Assembly (NCBI GenBank): GCA_965218425.1
Contig: OZ244621.1
Coordinates: 3,424,001-3,488,000 of the forward strand
Source: an uncultured Candidatus Binatia bacterium
GTDB lineage: Bacteria > Desulfobacterota > Binatia > UBA9968 > CAXXLF01
Length of the DNA: 64,000 bases
Reading direction: 5' to 3'
Positions 10,719 to 20,027 of this stretch are shown piece after piece. A program made the translations under genes and the position numbers. Positions within the stretch are counted from its first letter, which is position 1, and each line of letters opens with the position of its first letter. Under the pieces are notes generated by a model. The model saw nothing but the letters and a program-made list of their open reading frames with translations, did no database searches and was not told the DNA's origin.

Positions 10719-10814
10719 TGCGGTCAAATTACTGAGCCACAAATGGATTATGAGGGAGGCGACCTTTAAGTTGTGTGATGGGCCAAACATTCTTAGAAAT
10801 TAAAAGGAACAAGG

Positions 10815-11351
10815 ATGGAAAGAGAAAAAATCAAGGAGACGGAGCCTGGCCACCTTGACCGAGGAGAGCACTATGAGGAGACCCTCCGACTCTCCGCGGC
10901 CTTAAGGGAGCGTGCGAAAACCGGTAAAATCGTTTTAAGAGGTAAAGATATTCCCTGGCGCCAGAATAGGCAGGCCTTGCTCAAGATGTTCCTGTCCTTC
11001 CACGACATCCCTGATACGGCCGCAACGGATTGGATCTGCTTCATTCATGACATCAAGGTCCATTCAGGCAAGCACCGCCACCAGGGAGGGATTCAGTTGT
11101 TTGTCCTGGAAGGCGAGGGATACACCGTGGTGGACGGGGAGAGATGTGACTGGGAAAAATGGGATCTGATTGTATTGCCGGTGAAACCCAACGGGTGTGA
11201 ACACCAGCATTTTAATAAAGTGCCAGGGAAAGCAGCTAAGTGGATGGCCTTCCAGTATTATACCTACATGCAGGTTTTGGGCCATATGTTCGAGCAGGTG
11301 GAAGATTCACCCGACTGGAAAGGGGAAAAGCTCAACGAGCTAAAACGGTAG
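10815..11351 (+). CDS. Monocupin, paralogue 3
   Basis: HSGKHRHQGGIQLFVLEGEG...HQHFN; collinear with the 4083 and 4669 proteins. Confidence 0.82.
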   Translation: MEREKIKETEPGHLDRGEHYEETLRLSAALRERAKTGKIVLRGKDIPWRQNRQALLKMFLSFHDIPDTAATDWICFIHDIKVHSGKHRHQGGIQLFVLEGEGYTVVDGERCDWEKWDLIVLPVKPNGCEHQHFNKVPGKAAKWMAFQYYTYMQVLGHMFEQVEDSPDWKGEKLNELKR

Positions 11352-11478
11352 CGAAACTGGGTGAGTGGTGATTGGTCGGTTGGATTAGCCGGGCCGGAAG
11401 GCGGTTGACAACCTTCTGGCGGCGGCTTATTCTCAGCCCAACCTGGCTGTATACCGTTTCAAGAAAGGGGACGATAAA

Positions 11479-12609
11479 ATGCCTACCATTGATGCCGACG
11501 GACATGTGATGGAGCCGGAGTCCATGTTTGAAAGCCTGCCAAAGGAATTTTACCCGCGAAGACCCATTCCCGTATTCTTGCCGCCGGATACGGTGCGAGG
11601 TGATTTTAACGGCTGCTGGATCATCGAAGGGAAAACCCACCCAACCATTGGCGCCCGCGGGCGTACGACCTTTCCCCTGCCGGGAGTGAACACATCGAAG
11701 AACAGCATTGTGAGCATCGGATCCCAGACCTTGGCTGATGTGGAAGCGCGAATGGCGGACCTTGATAAATTCAACATCGATATCCAGATCATATTCCCCA
11801 CCATGTTCCTTGTCTCCACGGCCGAGGATGTGAAGTTGGAGGGAGCTCTATTCCAAGCGTACAATACTTACCTTGGCGCGGCCTGTGCAAGGTCCAAGGG
11901 TCGTTTAAGGTGGGCTGCCCCTATTCCATTTCGTGATCCCGAGGCTGCCATTGCGGAAATGGAGAGAGCTTGCGAACTCGGCGCCGCGGGGATTTTTACC
12001 ATGGGCATGGTTTGGGATCGGACTCTGGACGATCCGGCTTTCTTTCCCATCTACGAGAGAGCAGTGGCGCTTGATATCCCCATATGCGTACATTTGGGAT
12101 GGGCTTCTCCTCCGGTGACAAACCTGTTTAGCGATGGCCGCGCCTTCTTCTGCTCGGCCACCATTCCTGTAATCTGGGCCTTCGTTTCGGTGATGAGTTC
12201 TGGTTTGCTCTCCCGGTTTCCTAAGCTTCGCGTGGGCTTTCTTGAAACGGGATCCATGTGGGTGCCTTACGCGATCCAGCAGTTGCGCCGGCGGGAGAAG
12301 CCCTTGACGGTTATCCGCGGCCAGGGCCGCCCAAGTTCTGCCAGCGGGCTAAACCTCGAATACTACCGGGACCCGGAGGAGTTCTTTCGCAATGGGCGCG
12401 CCTTTGTAAACTGTGAGGGTGACGAGGACTTCGACTATCTACTGAAGCATCTAGGCGAAGATGCACTCATGTGTTCTTCAGATTTTCCCCATGGAGACGC
12501 ATCAGGAGAGGAAACCTACGTAAGGCACTGGCACGAGCGGACCGATTTACAGGATCGGGTAAAACAAAAAGCATTGGGAGGGAATGCAGCCCGGTTTTTT
12601 CGTTTGTAG
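11479..12609 (+). CDS. Amidohydrolase_2-family protein, paralogue 3
   Basis: TIDADGH, PICVHLG, FLETG, SSDFPH; collinear with 5320-6453. Confidence 0.88.
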   Translation: MPTIDADGHVMEPESMFESLPKEFYPRRPIPVFLPPDTVRGDFNGCWIIEGKTHPTIGARGRTTFPLPGVNTSKNSIVSIGSQTLADVEARMADLDKFNIDIQIIFPTMFLVSTAEDVKLEGALFQAYNTYLGAACARSKGRLRWAAPIPFRDPEAAIAEMERACELGAAGIFTMGMVWDRTLDDPAFFPIYERAVALDIPICVHLGWASPPVTNLFSDGRAFFCSATIPVIWAFVSVMSSGLLSRFPKLRVGFLETGSMWVPYAIQQLRRREKPLTVIRGQGRPSSASGLNLEYYRDPEEFFRNGRAFVNCEGDEDFDYLLKHLGEDALMCSSDFPHGDASGEETYVRHWHERTDLQDRVKQKALGGNAARFFRL

Positions 12610-12628
12610 ATTGTAGGAGGTTAAGATC

Positions 12629-13618
12629 ATGCCGAGCATCGATGTCCACTGCCACACGCTGCCGCTGCCGCTGATAGACGCGTTAAAACAGGTGGCCAAG
12701 GGAAATACGCCCCAAGCTAAAAGCGCATCCTATTATCTGCAACGCCCCGAGACCCTTAACGATCCACAGTTTATAGGGGCTTTGGACGAAAGGATCGGCA
12801 TCATGGATGGAGCCGGGGTGGACGTTGAGATTGTCTCTACACCCTTGCCCATAGGGACGTATTTCGCGGACCTCAGCCAAAGGGGAGCCGTAACCCAGGC
12901 CGTCAATGACGTATTCACATCCGCCTCGCAACGCCATCCGACTCGCTATCGTTTTTTCGCGACCCTTCCGCTGCCGGACGTCCCCGCAAGTATCAAGGAG
13001 TTTCGCCGCGTGTTGGGTTTGCCCGGTTTTGCGGGTGTCATCGTACCCACCAACTTTGGAATACCCTTTAACGATCCGGCCCTTGAGGACCTTTATGCCG
13101 AGATGGCCAAGGCCAAGTCTCTATTGTTCATTCATCCATGCCGAATGGAACATCTGGGGCGCTATGCGAATCTGGGCATGGAGACCATGCTGGGCTGGCC
13201 TTCGGAAGATACCCTAGCCGTAATGGAACTCATACTGGGAGGAGTGGTTGAGCGTCATACAGGGCTTACTGTCATTGCGCCCCATGTGGGTGGAACGGTT
13301 TTATATTTAGTCGGACGAATTGATCATACCTATAACCATTGGCCCGCTTCTCAGAAGACGATCTCGGAGGCTCCCAGCGTTTATCTCAAGCGTATGTATT
13401 ACGACTCCGTTTGTGATTCGCATCCTACTTTGAATCTGGCTCGTAGCGTGGTGGGGGCCGATCATCTTGTGCTTGGTTCGGACTTTCCCTTCTGGTACCG
13501 GAACAAAATGGGTGATTGTCTTCAGGTTATCAATACCCTGAATTGGTCTGAGGAAGAGCTGGAGCTTGTCCGTGGCGGCAACATGGTGCGGCTGTTGCGC
13601 GAACAGGGCCGGTGGTGA
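12629..13618 (+). CDS. Amidohydrolase_2-family decarboxylase/hydrolase (ACMSD/LigW/LigY-like)
   Basis: IDVHCH (HxH), FATLPLPD, LFIHP, PHVGG, GSDFPF. Confidence 0.8.
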   Translation: MPSIDVHCHTLPLPLIDALKQVAKGNTPQAKSASYYLQRPETLNDPQFIGALDERIGIMDGAGVDVEIVSTPLPIGTYFADLSQRGAVTQAVNDVFTSASQRHPTRYRFFATLPLPDVPASIKEFRRVLGLPGFAGVIVPTNFGIPFNDPALEDLYAEMAKAKSLLFIHPCRMEHLGRYANLGMETMLGWPSEDTLAVMELILGGVVERHTGLTVIAPHVGGTVLYLVGRIDHTYNHWPASQKTISEAPSVYLKRMYYDSVCDSHPTLNLARSVVGADHLVLGSDFPFWYRNKMGDCLQVINTLNWSEEELELVRGGNMVRLLREQGRW

Positions 13619-13644
13619 TCTTCGACCCAGGAGGAGGACTCTAA

Positions 13645-14595
13645 ATGGCGCGGTTATCCTTGGTCATGTCTTGTTCCCATTCTCCATTTCTCTATACGCC
13701 ACCGGAAAAATGGAATGATATCAGAGACAGGAGACCCGTCCGACAGGACGTTCCCCACGACTCTGAGGCGACGAACCTGGAAAAATTTCAACGATGCATG
13801 AAAGCATTCGCCACGCTCAGGTCAAAGTTGGAAGAAGTTCGACCCGATGTCCTGGTGATATTTGGCGATGACCAGCAGGAAATCTTCGATTTTAATAATA
13901 TGCCCGCCCTGGGAATCTACCTGGGCGAGGAATTCGAGGGCTACAGAACCCAAGCGGCCTCAGTTCCCACCGTGCCTGGAGCGCCCAGAGAGAAAAAACC
14001 TAAAACGCCCGAGCATTGGGTCAAGCTGAAGGGCCATCCGGAGCTTGCAAAAGAGTTGCTGGCTGGACTCATGGACGAGGGTTTCGATCTTGCCTTTTCA
14101 GTGGCTCTGCCGAACAAGGAAAGGGGCATGGGGCACGCGTTTATGCGACCTGCGCACTATTTGACGCCAAATTATAATATCCCGATCGTTCCCATCTTTG
14201 TGAACTGTTACTACCCGCCCCTGCCGTCGGCAAGGCGGTGTTATCAGTTAGGAAAAGCCATGAGAGAACTGATCTATGGGTCGTCCCTGGATCTCAACGT
14301 AGCCGTATTGGGCTCCGGGGGGCTATGGCACACCCCGGGGGCGAAGGATGCCTACCTGAATGAAGAGTTCGATCAGGGGTCCCTGGATGCCGTGAAGGTA
14401 GGCGACGCTCGAAAGTTTGCAGATTATTTCGATAATGCGAGGCCCCTTGGAGGGAAGGGCAGTGGAACCGGGGAGACTCGGAATTGGATTGCTGCGGCTG
14501 GGGTCGCCGACGGTATCCCGGGTAAAATCGTGGATTACGTCCCGGTATACGCATCGCCTTGCGGGATGGGATTTGCCTACTGGGAAAACGCCTAG
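13645..14595 (+). CDS. Class III extradiol ring-cleavage dioxygenase (LigB superfamily, DesZ/LigZ-like)
   Basis: SHSP, GDDQQE (Q where LigB has NDH, as in DesZ/LigZ), GHAF, VNCYYPP.PS.RRCY, SGGLWH, GTGETRNW, DYVP.Y.S..GMGF. Confidence 0.82.
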   Translation: MARLSLVMSCSHSPFLYTPPEKWNDIRDRRPVRQDVPHDSEATNLEKFQRCMKAFATLRSKLEEVRPDVLVIFGDDQQEIFDFNNMPALGIYLGEEFEGYRTQAASVPTVPGAPREKKPKTPEHWVKLKGHPELAKELLAGLMDEGFDLAFSVALPNKERGMGHAFMRPAHYLTPNYNIPIVPIFVNCYYPPLPSARRCYQLGKAMRELIYGSSLDLNVAVLGSGGLWHTPGAKDAYLNEEFDQGSLDAVKVGDARKFADYFDNARPLGGKGSGTGETRNWIAAAGVADGIPGKIVDYVPVYASPCGMGFAYWENA

Positions 14596-14629
14596 ATCGT
14601 AAACGATGAGCAACTGTACACGCGGTTTA

Positions 14630-15853
14630 TCATTCGCGGTTGGAAACCTGATGCGATAGAAATACCTCCCGTCGTTCCCGTGCCGATTCCAGTATGGCGA
14701 GGCAAACTTCAAGGGTTGCCTTTTCCCATCGGCCATCACGAAGGGGAGGGCGGTTGCTTGCCACTGCCTCGTAGAATTCATGAATGACGCTTGTCTCCGT
14801 TCCCTGGGCCTTTGCTATGGGGATCTCCCGCTTACCGTCATCGCCGTAGACCAAGATGCCGTCTGGAGACTGTCGCAAGTCTCCCTTTTCGCAGCTCACG
14901 ATCATAACGCCCCAATGATTGTGATGTGCAGGGGGATTCTCGGTGCGTGCAAACCGTTGTCTCTTGCGGGTTCCACCGTAGCCGTATGAGGCTTTGAGCG
15001 CCGCTTCCTCCTCGGGGGTCTTTGCCGTCTGGCTCAGAGATTTTCTAGCTCTACCGTGATGGTCGGGCTCTTTGGGTTGTCCATAGGTCCCAATCCACCA
15101 ATGAAATTCGTCCGTATCGAAGTGGTCGTACCCGTTGTAGATAATCGTTGCAGGAACTCCGTCGGTAGATTCAAGATAGGCAACAAAGCTACCCTCGGAA
15201 CGCCGTTCAGGGTCCCAGACCCCTGTCATGGCCCTTACGCTTCGGATGAGGCCCCCCACGAGGATCCGCACCATGTCAATTTGGTGAGGGCCTTGATTGA
15301 AGATTACCCCACCGCCGAGGCTGGTATCCAGCTCTTGCGGAGTTCGGGGACGGTAGAGAAAGTCACTGTAGAGCCACGAGTGAATCATTCCCAGGCGACC
15401 CAGTTCGCCGCTCCGCACCGTTTCACGCATCCTGAGGACAGGCAAATCGAATCCATGAGACCCGCGCCCCACAAGGAGTTGAACGCCATGTTCCTCGGCT
15501 GCTTGAATCATCGTATCGCAATCTTCGAGGTTGAGGGCCATGGGTTTTTCTAGGATCACATGCTTGCCTTGTTCCAAGGCCATCAGGGAGTGTTGGGCAT
15601 GAAATTGATGGGGCGTGGCCACATAGACGGCATCGACGTTTGGGTCCCCGCAGAGATCTTCAACACGGTGGTAGACCTTTCCACCAAACTCAGATGAAAA
15701 TTTGTCCAGGGCCTCTTGCCTGAGGTCGGCGGCTGCTGTGAGTTGACTATGAGGATGGGCAACTATCTCAGGAATGGTGGAAGCGGCGGCCTGGCCCAAT
15801 CCAGCGATACCGAATCGAAGCGTTGGGGCTCGTGTTTGCTTCTGAGAAGCCAT
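14630..15853 (-). CDS. Gfo/Idh/MocA oxidoreductase, phthalate 4,5-cis-dihydrodiol dehydrogenase-like
   Basis: GIAGLG, EKPMA, 'YSDFLYRPRTPQELDTSLGGGVIFNQGPHQID', 'YNGYDHFDTDE', 'ATLEVCLAILESARERREV.L.HQV', characteristic of the Pht4/OphB family. Confidence 0.82.
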   Translation of the reverse strand: MASQKQTRAPTLRFGIAGLGQAAASTIPEIVAHPHSQLTAAADLRQEALDKFSSEFGGKVYHRVEDLCGDPNVDAVYVATPHQFHAQHSLMALEQGKHVILEKPMALNLEDCDTMIQAAEEHGVQLLVGRGSHGFDLPVLRMRETVRSGELGRLGMIHSWLYSDFLYRPRTPQELDTSLGGGVIFNQGPHQIDMVRILVGGLIRSVRAMTGVWDPERRSEGSFVAYLESTDGVPATIIYNGYDHFDTDEFHWWIGTYGQPKEPDHHGRARKSLSQTAKTPEEEAALKASYGYGGTRKRQRFARTENPPAHHNHWGVMIVSCEKGDLRQSPDGILVYGDDGKREIPIAKAQGTETSVIHEFYEAVASNRPPLRDGRWEKATLEVCLAILESARERREVFLSHQVSNRE

Positions 15854-15900
15854 GGATTTGTGCTGTCGGATGGCGGTGAGGCTAGCGTCGGGTGCAAACT

Positions 15901-16446
15901 TTAGAAAAAGACGGTAACGTTTTTTGCCAGGAGTACGTTTTGATCAAGGACGATCTTTCGTTGGGCGATTTTCCACTGATGGTCCACTTTTCGGAGCACA
16001 TCCTCCCGCTTCCCAATAAACAAATCGGTTTCGTCCTGAAGCCGATTACGGTAGACCAGCATCCGGCTTTTGACGGTAACCTCTGACGGAGTGGAGTTCA
16101 CGATTTGTACATTGGATACCATGTGACAGATTCGTGACAGCGGCTCCTCCGCCCAATGCTGACCGGTTTTGATCTGGTCCACACGCGACCTGAGAGTCGC
16201 CTTGCCTTCGTCGAACCATGAGATGCCATCGACATGGCTGGTGTTCTCCCGCCGTCGCTCCTCGAAGGGGACGTTCTGCCTGAGCGGCATCCAGTAGTGC
16301 GCGTCGTCAGTGAAAAGGTCGAGCCATTGATCGAAGCACCGCTCATCGAGTAGTTCCGCCTCCGCATAGAGGAACTCCGAGATCTCTTGGGTAAGTAAAA
16401 CGCGATCGAGGGCTTGCGCATGAGGGGTCTTTGATTCCGTGACCAT
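15901..16446 (-). CDS. Aromatic ring-hydroxylating dioxygenase beta subunit (HcaF-like)
   Basis: Start MVTESK just after the alpha stop; FLYAEAELLDER, WAEEPLSRICHMVSNV, LLAKNVTVFF. Confidence 0.93.
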   Translation of the reverse strand: MVTESKTPHAQALDRVLLTQEISEFLYAEAELLDERCFDQWLDLFTDDAHYWMPLRQNVPFEERRRENTSHVDGISWFDEGKATLRSRVDQIKTGQHWAEEPLSRICHMVSNVQIVNSTPSEVTVKSRMLVYRNRLQDETDLFIGKREDVLRKVDHQWKIAQRKIVLDQNVLLAKNVTVFF

Positions 16447-16447
16447 G

Positions 16448-17797
16448 TTACCCTTTGGCGCTTTTCCCGTTCTTCGGGTAAACATCATCCCAACTCTTCG
16501 CCTGCATGAACTCGGCCCAGCGCTTGAAACGATTTCTCTGGTTTTCCTCCGAGAGTACCTGAGTGACCCGTCCCGGAATCGGTAGGTCCAGGGGAGCATT
16601 GCCAACGCCCATCTGGTAGTTGTAGGGGTGTCGGCGCGCGATGGTCCCCTTGCTGGCGGCATATGCGTAGTTCCAGTTTTCCATGTCGTCCTGTTCGGTC
16701 ATTCCCGCCGGCCCCGAATATCGCATTAAGTAGCGGCGTATGGCATCCCTGACCTCTTGAGGGGTATCCTTGTCCACAAGGTAAAAGCGCCATGCTTCTG
16801 TCATCTCGGGCCCACGCGGATGCCAAATCACTATGGTGCGTCTAATTCCCGCAGCGTAGGAGGCGTTGGGAAAAAAAGTGGCCGCACCAACGTCCATGCG
16901 CAGTGGTATGGAAAGGTTCTTCCGATGCTTCTCGTAGGCTTGCTTGAAATAGTCATCCACCGTCTGGAGGGATCCCCATGTGGGCGTATAGGGGGAGTCC
17001 GCCTGGTACACAGTGACATGGGCGCCGTGGCCCAAGCCGGGAATGGATACCTCCAATCTCTTTTCGCCAGGGCGAGGGACACCATGGCGATCGCCTTTGC
17101 CCTGAGGGCCATAGGCCGCCACATGGGTTGATCGGTGGCTGACATCGTGTGCGGCGTCGCCTCCAAAGCTGGTTGCCGGGAACTTCCAATTGCAGGGCAT
17201 ACGCCATTTGTGGACGCCGTCGAGGACCTGGGCACCGCCTTCTCTACCGTCGAAACAATCAAAAAGCGTATCCAGGTAAATTTTAAAATCACCGAGGTAA
17301 TCCGAAAATGAAGGAGCGTCCTTATCCCAAGTGGCCCAAATGGACCCTTTGTAGTTCTCCAGTTGGGCAACCTCGATGAGTCCCCATCGGGCTCGGTCCA
17401 GTCCATCGTTGTAACCTTCTTTGAACCTGGGCACACCGACTAGTTTCCCTTCAGTATCGTAACTCCAACCATGAAACGGGCAAGTAAAATGAACCGTATT
17501 GCCTTGATCGTAACGACACACCTTCATGCCGCGGTGACGACAGGTGTTCAGAAAGACATGAATTTTTTGCTGCTGGTCCCGCACAAGGATCACGGACTCT
17601 TCACCCATACAGGAAACGAAGTAATCGCCTGGACCGGGAATTTGACTCTCGTGGCCTACAAAGAGCCAGGCACGGGCAAAGATTTGCTCCTGCTCCCGCT
17701 CGTAGATCTCCCTGTTGACGAAAACCTCTCTGCTGATCAATCCGTTATCCAGATCGACAAGACTTCTCAGTGACTGCTGTCCTATGGTTATGTCCAT
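16448..17797 (-). CDS. Aromatic ring-hydroxylating dioxygenase alpha subunit
   Basis: CRHRG...CPFHGW Rieske; 'SFGGDAAHDVSH' and EQDDMENW catalytic motifs. Confidence 0.93.
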   Translation of the reverse strand: MDITIGQQSLRSLVDLDNGLISREVFVNREIYEREQEQIFARAWLFVGHESQIPGPGDYFVSCMGEESVILVRDQQQKIHVFLNTCRHRGMKVCRYDQGNTVHFTCPFHGWSYDTEGKLVGVPRFKEGYNDGLDRARWGLIEVAQLENYKGSIWATWDKDAPSFSDYLGDFKIYLDTLFDCFDGREGGAQVLDGVHKWRMPCNWKFPATSFGGDAAHDVSHRSTHVAAYGPQGKGDRHGVPRPGEKRLEVSIPGLGHGAHVTVYQADSPYTPTWGSLQTVDDYFKQAYEKHRKNLSIPLRMDVGAATFFPNASYAAGIRRTIVIWHPRGPEMTEAWRFYLVDKDTPQEVRDAIRRYLMRYSGPAGMTEQDDMENWNYAYAASKGTIARRHPYNYQMGVGNAPLDLPIPGRVTQVLSEENQRNRFKRWAEFMQAKSWDDVYPKNGKSAKG

Positions 17798-17828
17798 GTT
17801 TTCGGTTGCTTGCTGGGTTGGTATTTGC

Positions 17829-17855
17829 AGTATACAAAAACGCTTATTTTGTCAA
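17829..17855 (-). promoter_or_regulatory. Putative sigma70 promoter for the dioxygenase-dihydrodiol dehydrogenase operon
   Basis: Minus strand TTGACA-N15-TATACT about 30 bp upstream of the start; spacer is short. Confidence 0.4.
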
Positions 17856-18004
17856 ACTGAGACGAAGCCAACCCAATGAATCCCGTTGCGCCAGAGCGAC
17901 CCGCAATGGATGGAAACATGTAATAGGAGTTGAATTACAGCAATAAGGCAGTTAGCAAATGCGGTGACGGTGAGGGGATAAAAATACCACAGGAGGAAGT
18001 TTTT

Positions 18005-18187
18005 ATGGCTCAGATTCGGCACTTGGCCATCAGAACAGAAAATCCGGAACAGTTAGCTGCCTTCTATATGGAAGCCTTTGGTCTCAAGGAATTCCATCGG
18101 GGATCACACCCGGGTCTCCCGGGAGGGAAGACCGTTCATTTTGGTATCCTGGTGGATAATATGGACGAGACGCTTCAAACAGAATAG
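18005..18187 (+). pseudogene. VOC/glyoxalase-family gene remnant with internal deletion and truncation
   Basis: MAQIRHLAIRTENPEQLAAFYMEAFGLKE..., then directly VHFGILVD; the 'LSDGYFNLAI' middle and the C-terminus of the intact VOC at 46445-46882 are missing; GGAGG RBS. Confidence 0.65.
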
Positions 18188-18245
18188 ATGAGTTCGCGGA
18201 GCAGAAAGGAGATGGATTTTGCTTTGTTGCGCACGTTAGGGGCCG

Positions 18246-18700
18246 TCAACCCTGCTGTGCAACGTTGACCACAGCGGATAAATCCTTTAGGAGTCGATTG
18301 ACCCGTTGCTGTCCGAGACCCTTGACGACTTTTCCTTGCGCTTTTTTCCAGAGGGGATAACCCTTAGCCAAAATAACCTGACCTCTTTTGGTGATGGACA
18401 CCTCCCGCTCCCGCCGGTCCTTGCCGGATCTGATTCGTAACAGTCCTTGTTTTTCCAGGGGTCGCAGGTTCCGCGTCAAGGTGGTCCGATCCATAACGAT
18501 AGCCTCGGCCAGCCGATTGATGGTAAGGGGACCCAGCATTCCTGTAGCACCCAAAACCCAAACTGAGTGGCTCTGAGTCCAATGGGACGAAAGGCATCGT
18601 CGTAGAGTTGACTTACAGCCCTTACTGCTTTTCGCAGGTTCGAGCAGGTGCAAAGCTGACCCTCGTGCATGAAATTGTGAAAATAATTTGAGGGATTCAC
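18246..18700 (-). pseudogene. MarR-family transcriptional regulator with 1-bp frameshift at about 18557-18559
   Basis: N-half 'CTCSNLRKAVRAVSQLYDDAFRPIGLRATQF' and C-half 'LAEAIVMDRTTLTRNLRPLEKQG...DRRER.VSIT..G' lie in different frames; one extra G in a G-run joins them. Confidence 0.85.
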
Positions 18701-18736
18701 CGTGGAGTCAATGGGTCACGAGTAATCGGATCTAAG

Positions 18737-19759
18737 CTAATTCGATGACGCAGCCTCGGGACGTATTTCGCTTGTTAAAAGCTCCTGGTTACGGATAAAT
18801 TCCACCGGGATTTTCCGATCAATGGTTTCACGAATTAGAATTTTGTGTATGGCGTCTACAGAAGACGAGGGCTGGCCTTTCACTTCGACCAAAACATCTC
18901 CAGGCCGCAGGCCGGAACGGTCTGCGGGGCCACCCGTCACCAGCTTCACGATGGCAACTCCGTTTGAGGCCTTTAGCTTGAGCCCCCTCACCAGACCGGG
19001 TGGTATAGTCACGGTCTGTCCCGCGATGCCCAGATAACCGCGAACCACCTGTCCCTCTTTCAATAGCTGAGGGACCACCCACTTGGCCGTGTTCACAGGG
19101 ATTGCAAAGCAGACCCCCTGAGCGCCAGCCACAATGGCTGTAGTCACACCAATCACTTGGCCATGTGAGTCCACGAGGGCACCCCCACTATTTCCCGGAT
19201 TCAAAGCTGCGTCGGTTTGAATAATGTCCTCCATCAATCGACCGGAGATGCTCCGAAGAGTTCTGCCCAAGGCACTGACGACACCTGCGGTGACAGTAGC
19301 CTGAAGCCCCAGCGGGCTTCCTATGGCAATGGCGAGTTGTCCGACTTTGAGCTGGTCTGAGTCTCCGAGAGTCGCTGGCGGTAAACCAGAGGTTGCAAGA
19401 CGTAGCAGGGCGAGGTCCGTGTCAGGATCCCGACCCGCAAGTTGGGCTGGGAACTGGCTTCCATCGGCCAGAGATACCGTTAGATCATTGGCATCAGATA
19501 CCACGTGGTTGTTGGTGAGGACATAGCCATCGGGCGCTATAATGATCCCGGAGCCGCTACCAATGGATTCTCTGTTCGTACCCCAACCCAGAGCCGATGT
19601 GGCCCCAGGCTTCGTGACCTGAATGGTAACGACGGCAGGTCCAACCCTCTCTGCAATTTGCGAAACCGCCTCAGAATAGGCACTTAGCGAGGTTTCCGGA
19701 TCGAGACGTTCTTGGCGACTCCCATTCTTCCCATCAATTTCATTCAAATGATCAAACAT
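18737..19759 (-). CDS. HtrA/DegP-like trypsin serine protease with PDZ domain
   Basis: GSGSG, LTNNHVV, DPDTDLA, QTDAALNPGNSGG, C-terminal PDZ (GPADRSGLRPGD); no obvious signal peptide. Confidence 0.92.
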   Translation of the reverse strand: MFDHLNEIDGKNGSRQERLDPETSLSAYSEAVSQIAERVGPAVVTIQVTKPGATSALGWGTNRESIGSGSGIIIAPDGYVLTNNHVVSDANDLTVSLADGSQFPAQLAGRDPDTDLALLRLATSGLPPATLGDSDQLKVGQLAIAIGSPLGLQATVTAGVVSALGRTLRSISGRLMEDIIQTDAALNPGNSGGALVDSHGQVIGVTTAIVAGAQGVCFAIPVNTAKWVVPQLLKEGQVVRGYLGIAGQTVTIPPGLVRGLKLKASNGVAIVKLVTGGPADRSGLRPGDVLVEVKGQPSSSVDAIHKILIRETIDRKIPVEFIRNQELLTSEIRPEAASSN

Positions 19760-20027
19760 AATGGGGGTATATGCACATTGTTTTCCATATTGTCAATCCC
19801 CCTTGTCAATTTGGACCCTATTATAATAACCTGTCGGACCCGTGTTTTTTTAAGGATGACGGTGTAAGGTGATCTTATGGCAATCAAGCTTTCTGACTTG
19901 TCTCTGGTTGTTTGCTGTGGTAGAAGGCTCCGATATTTCAGTTAAATCTTAGTGCATGGAACGTAGGCGGGTCCTTAATCGAATCACTCGTACAAGAGGC
20001 CCAGGGGGTGACGGATTAGGAGAGTCA

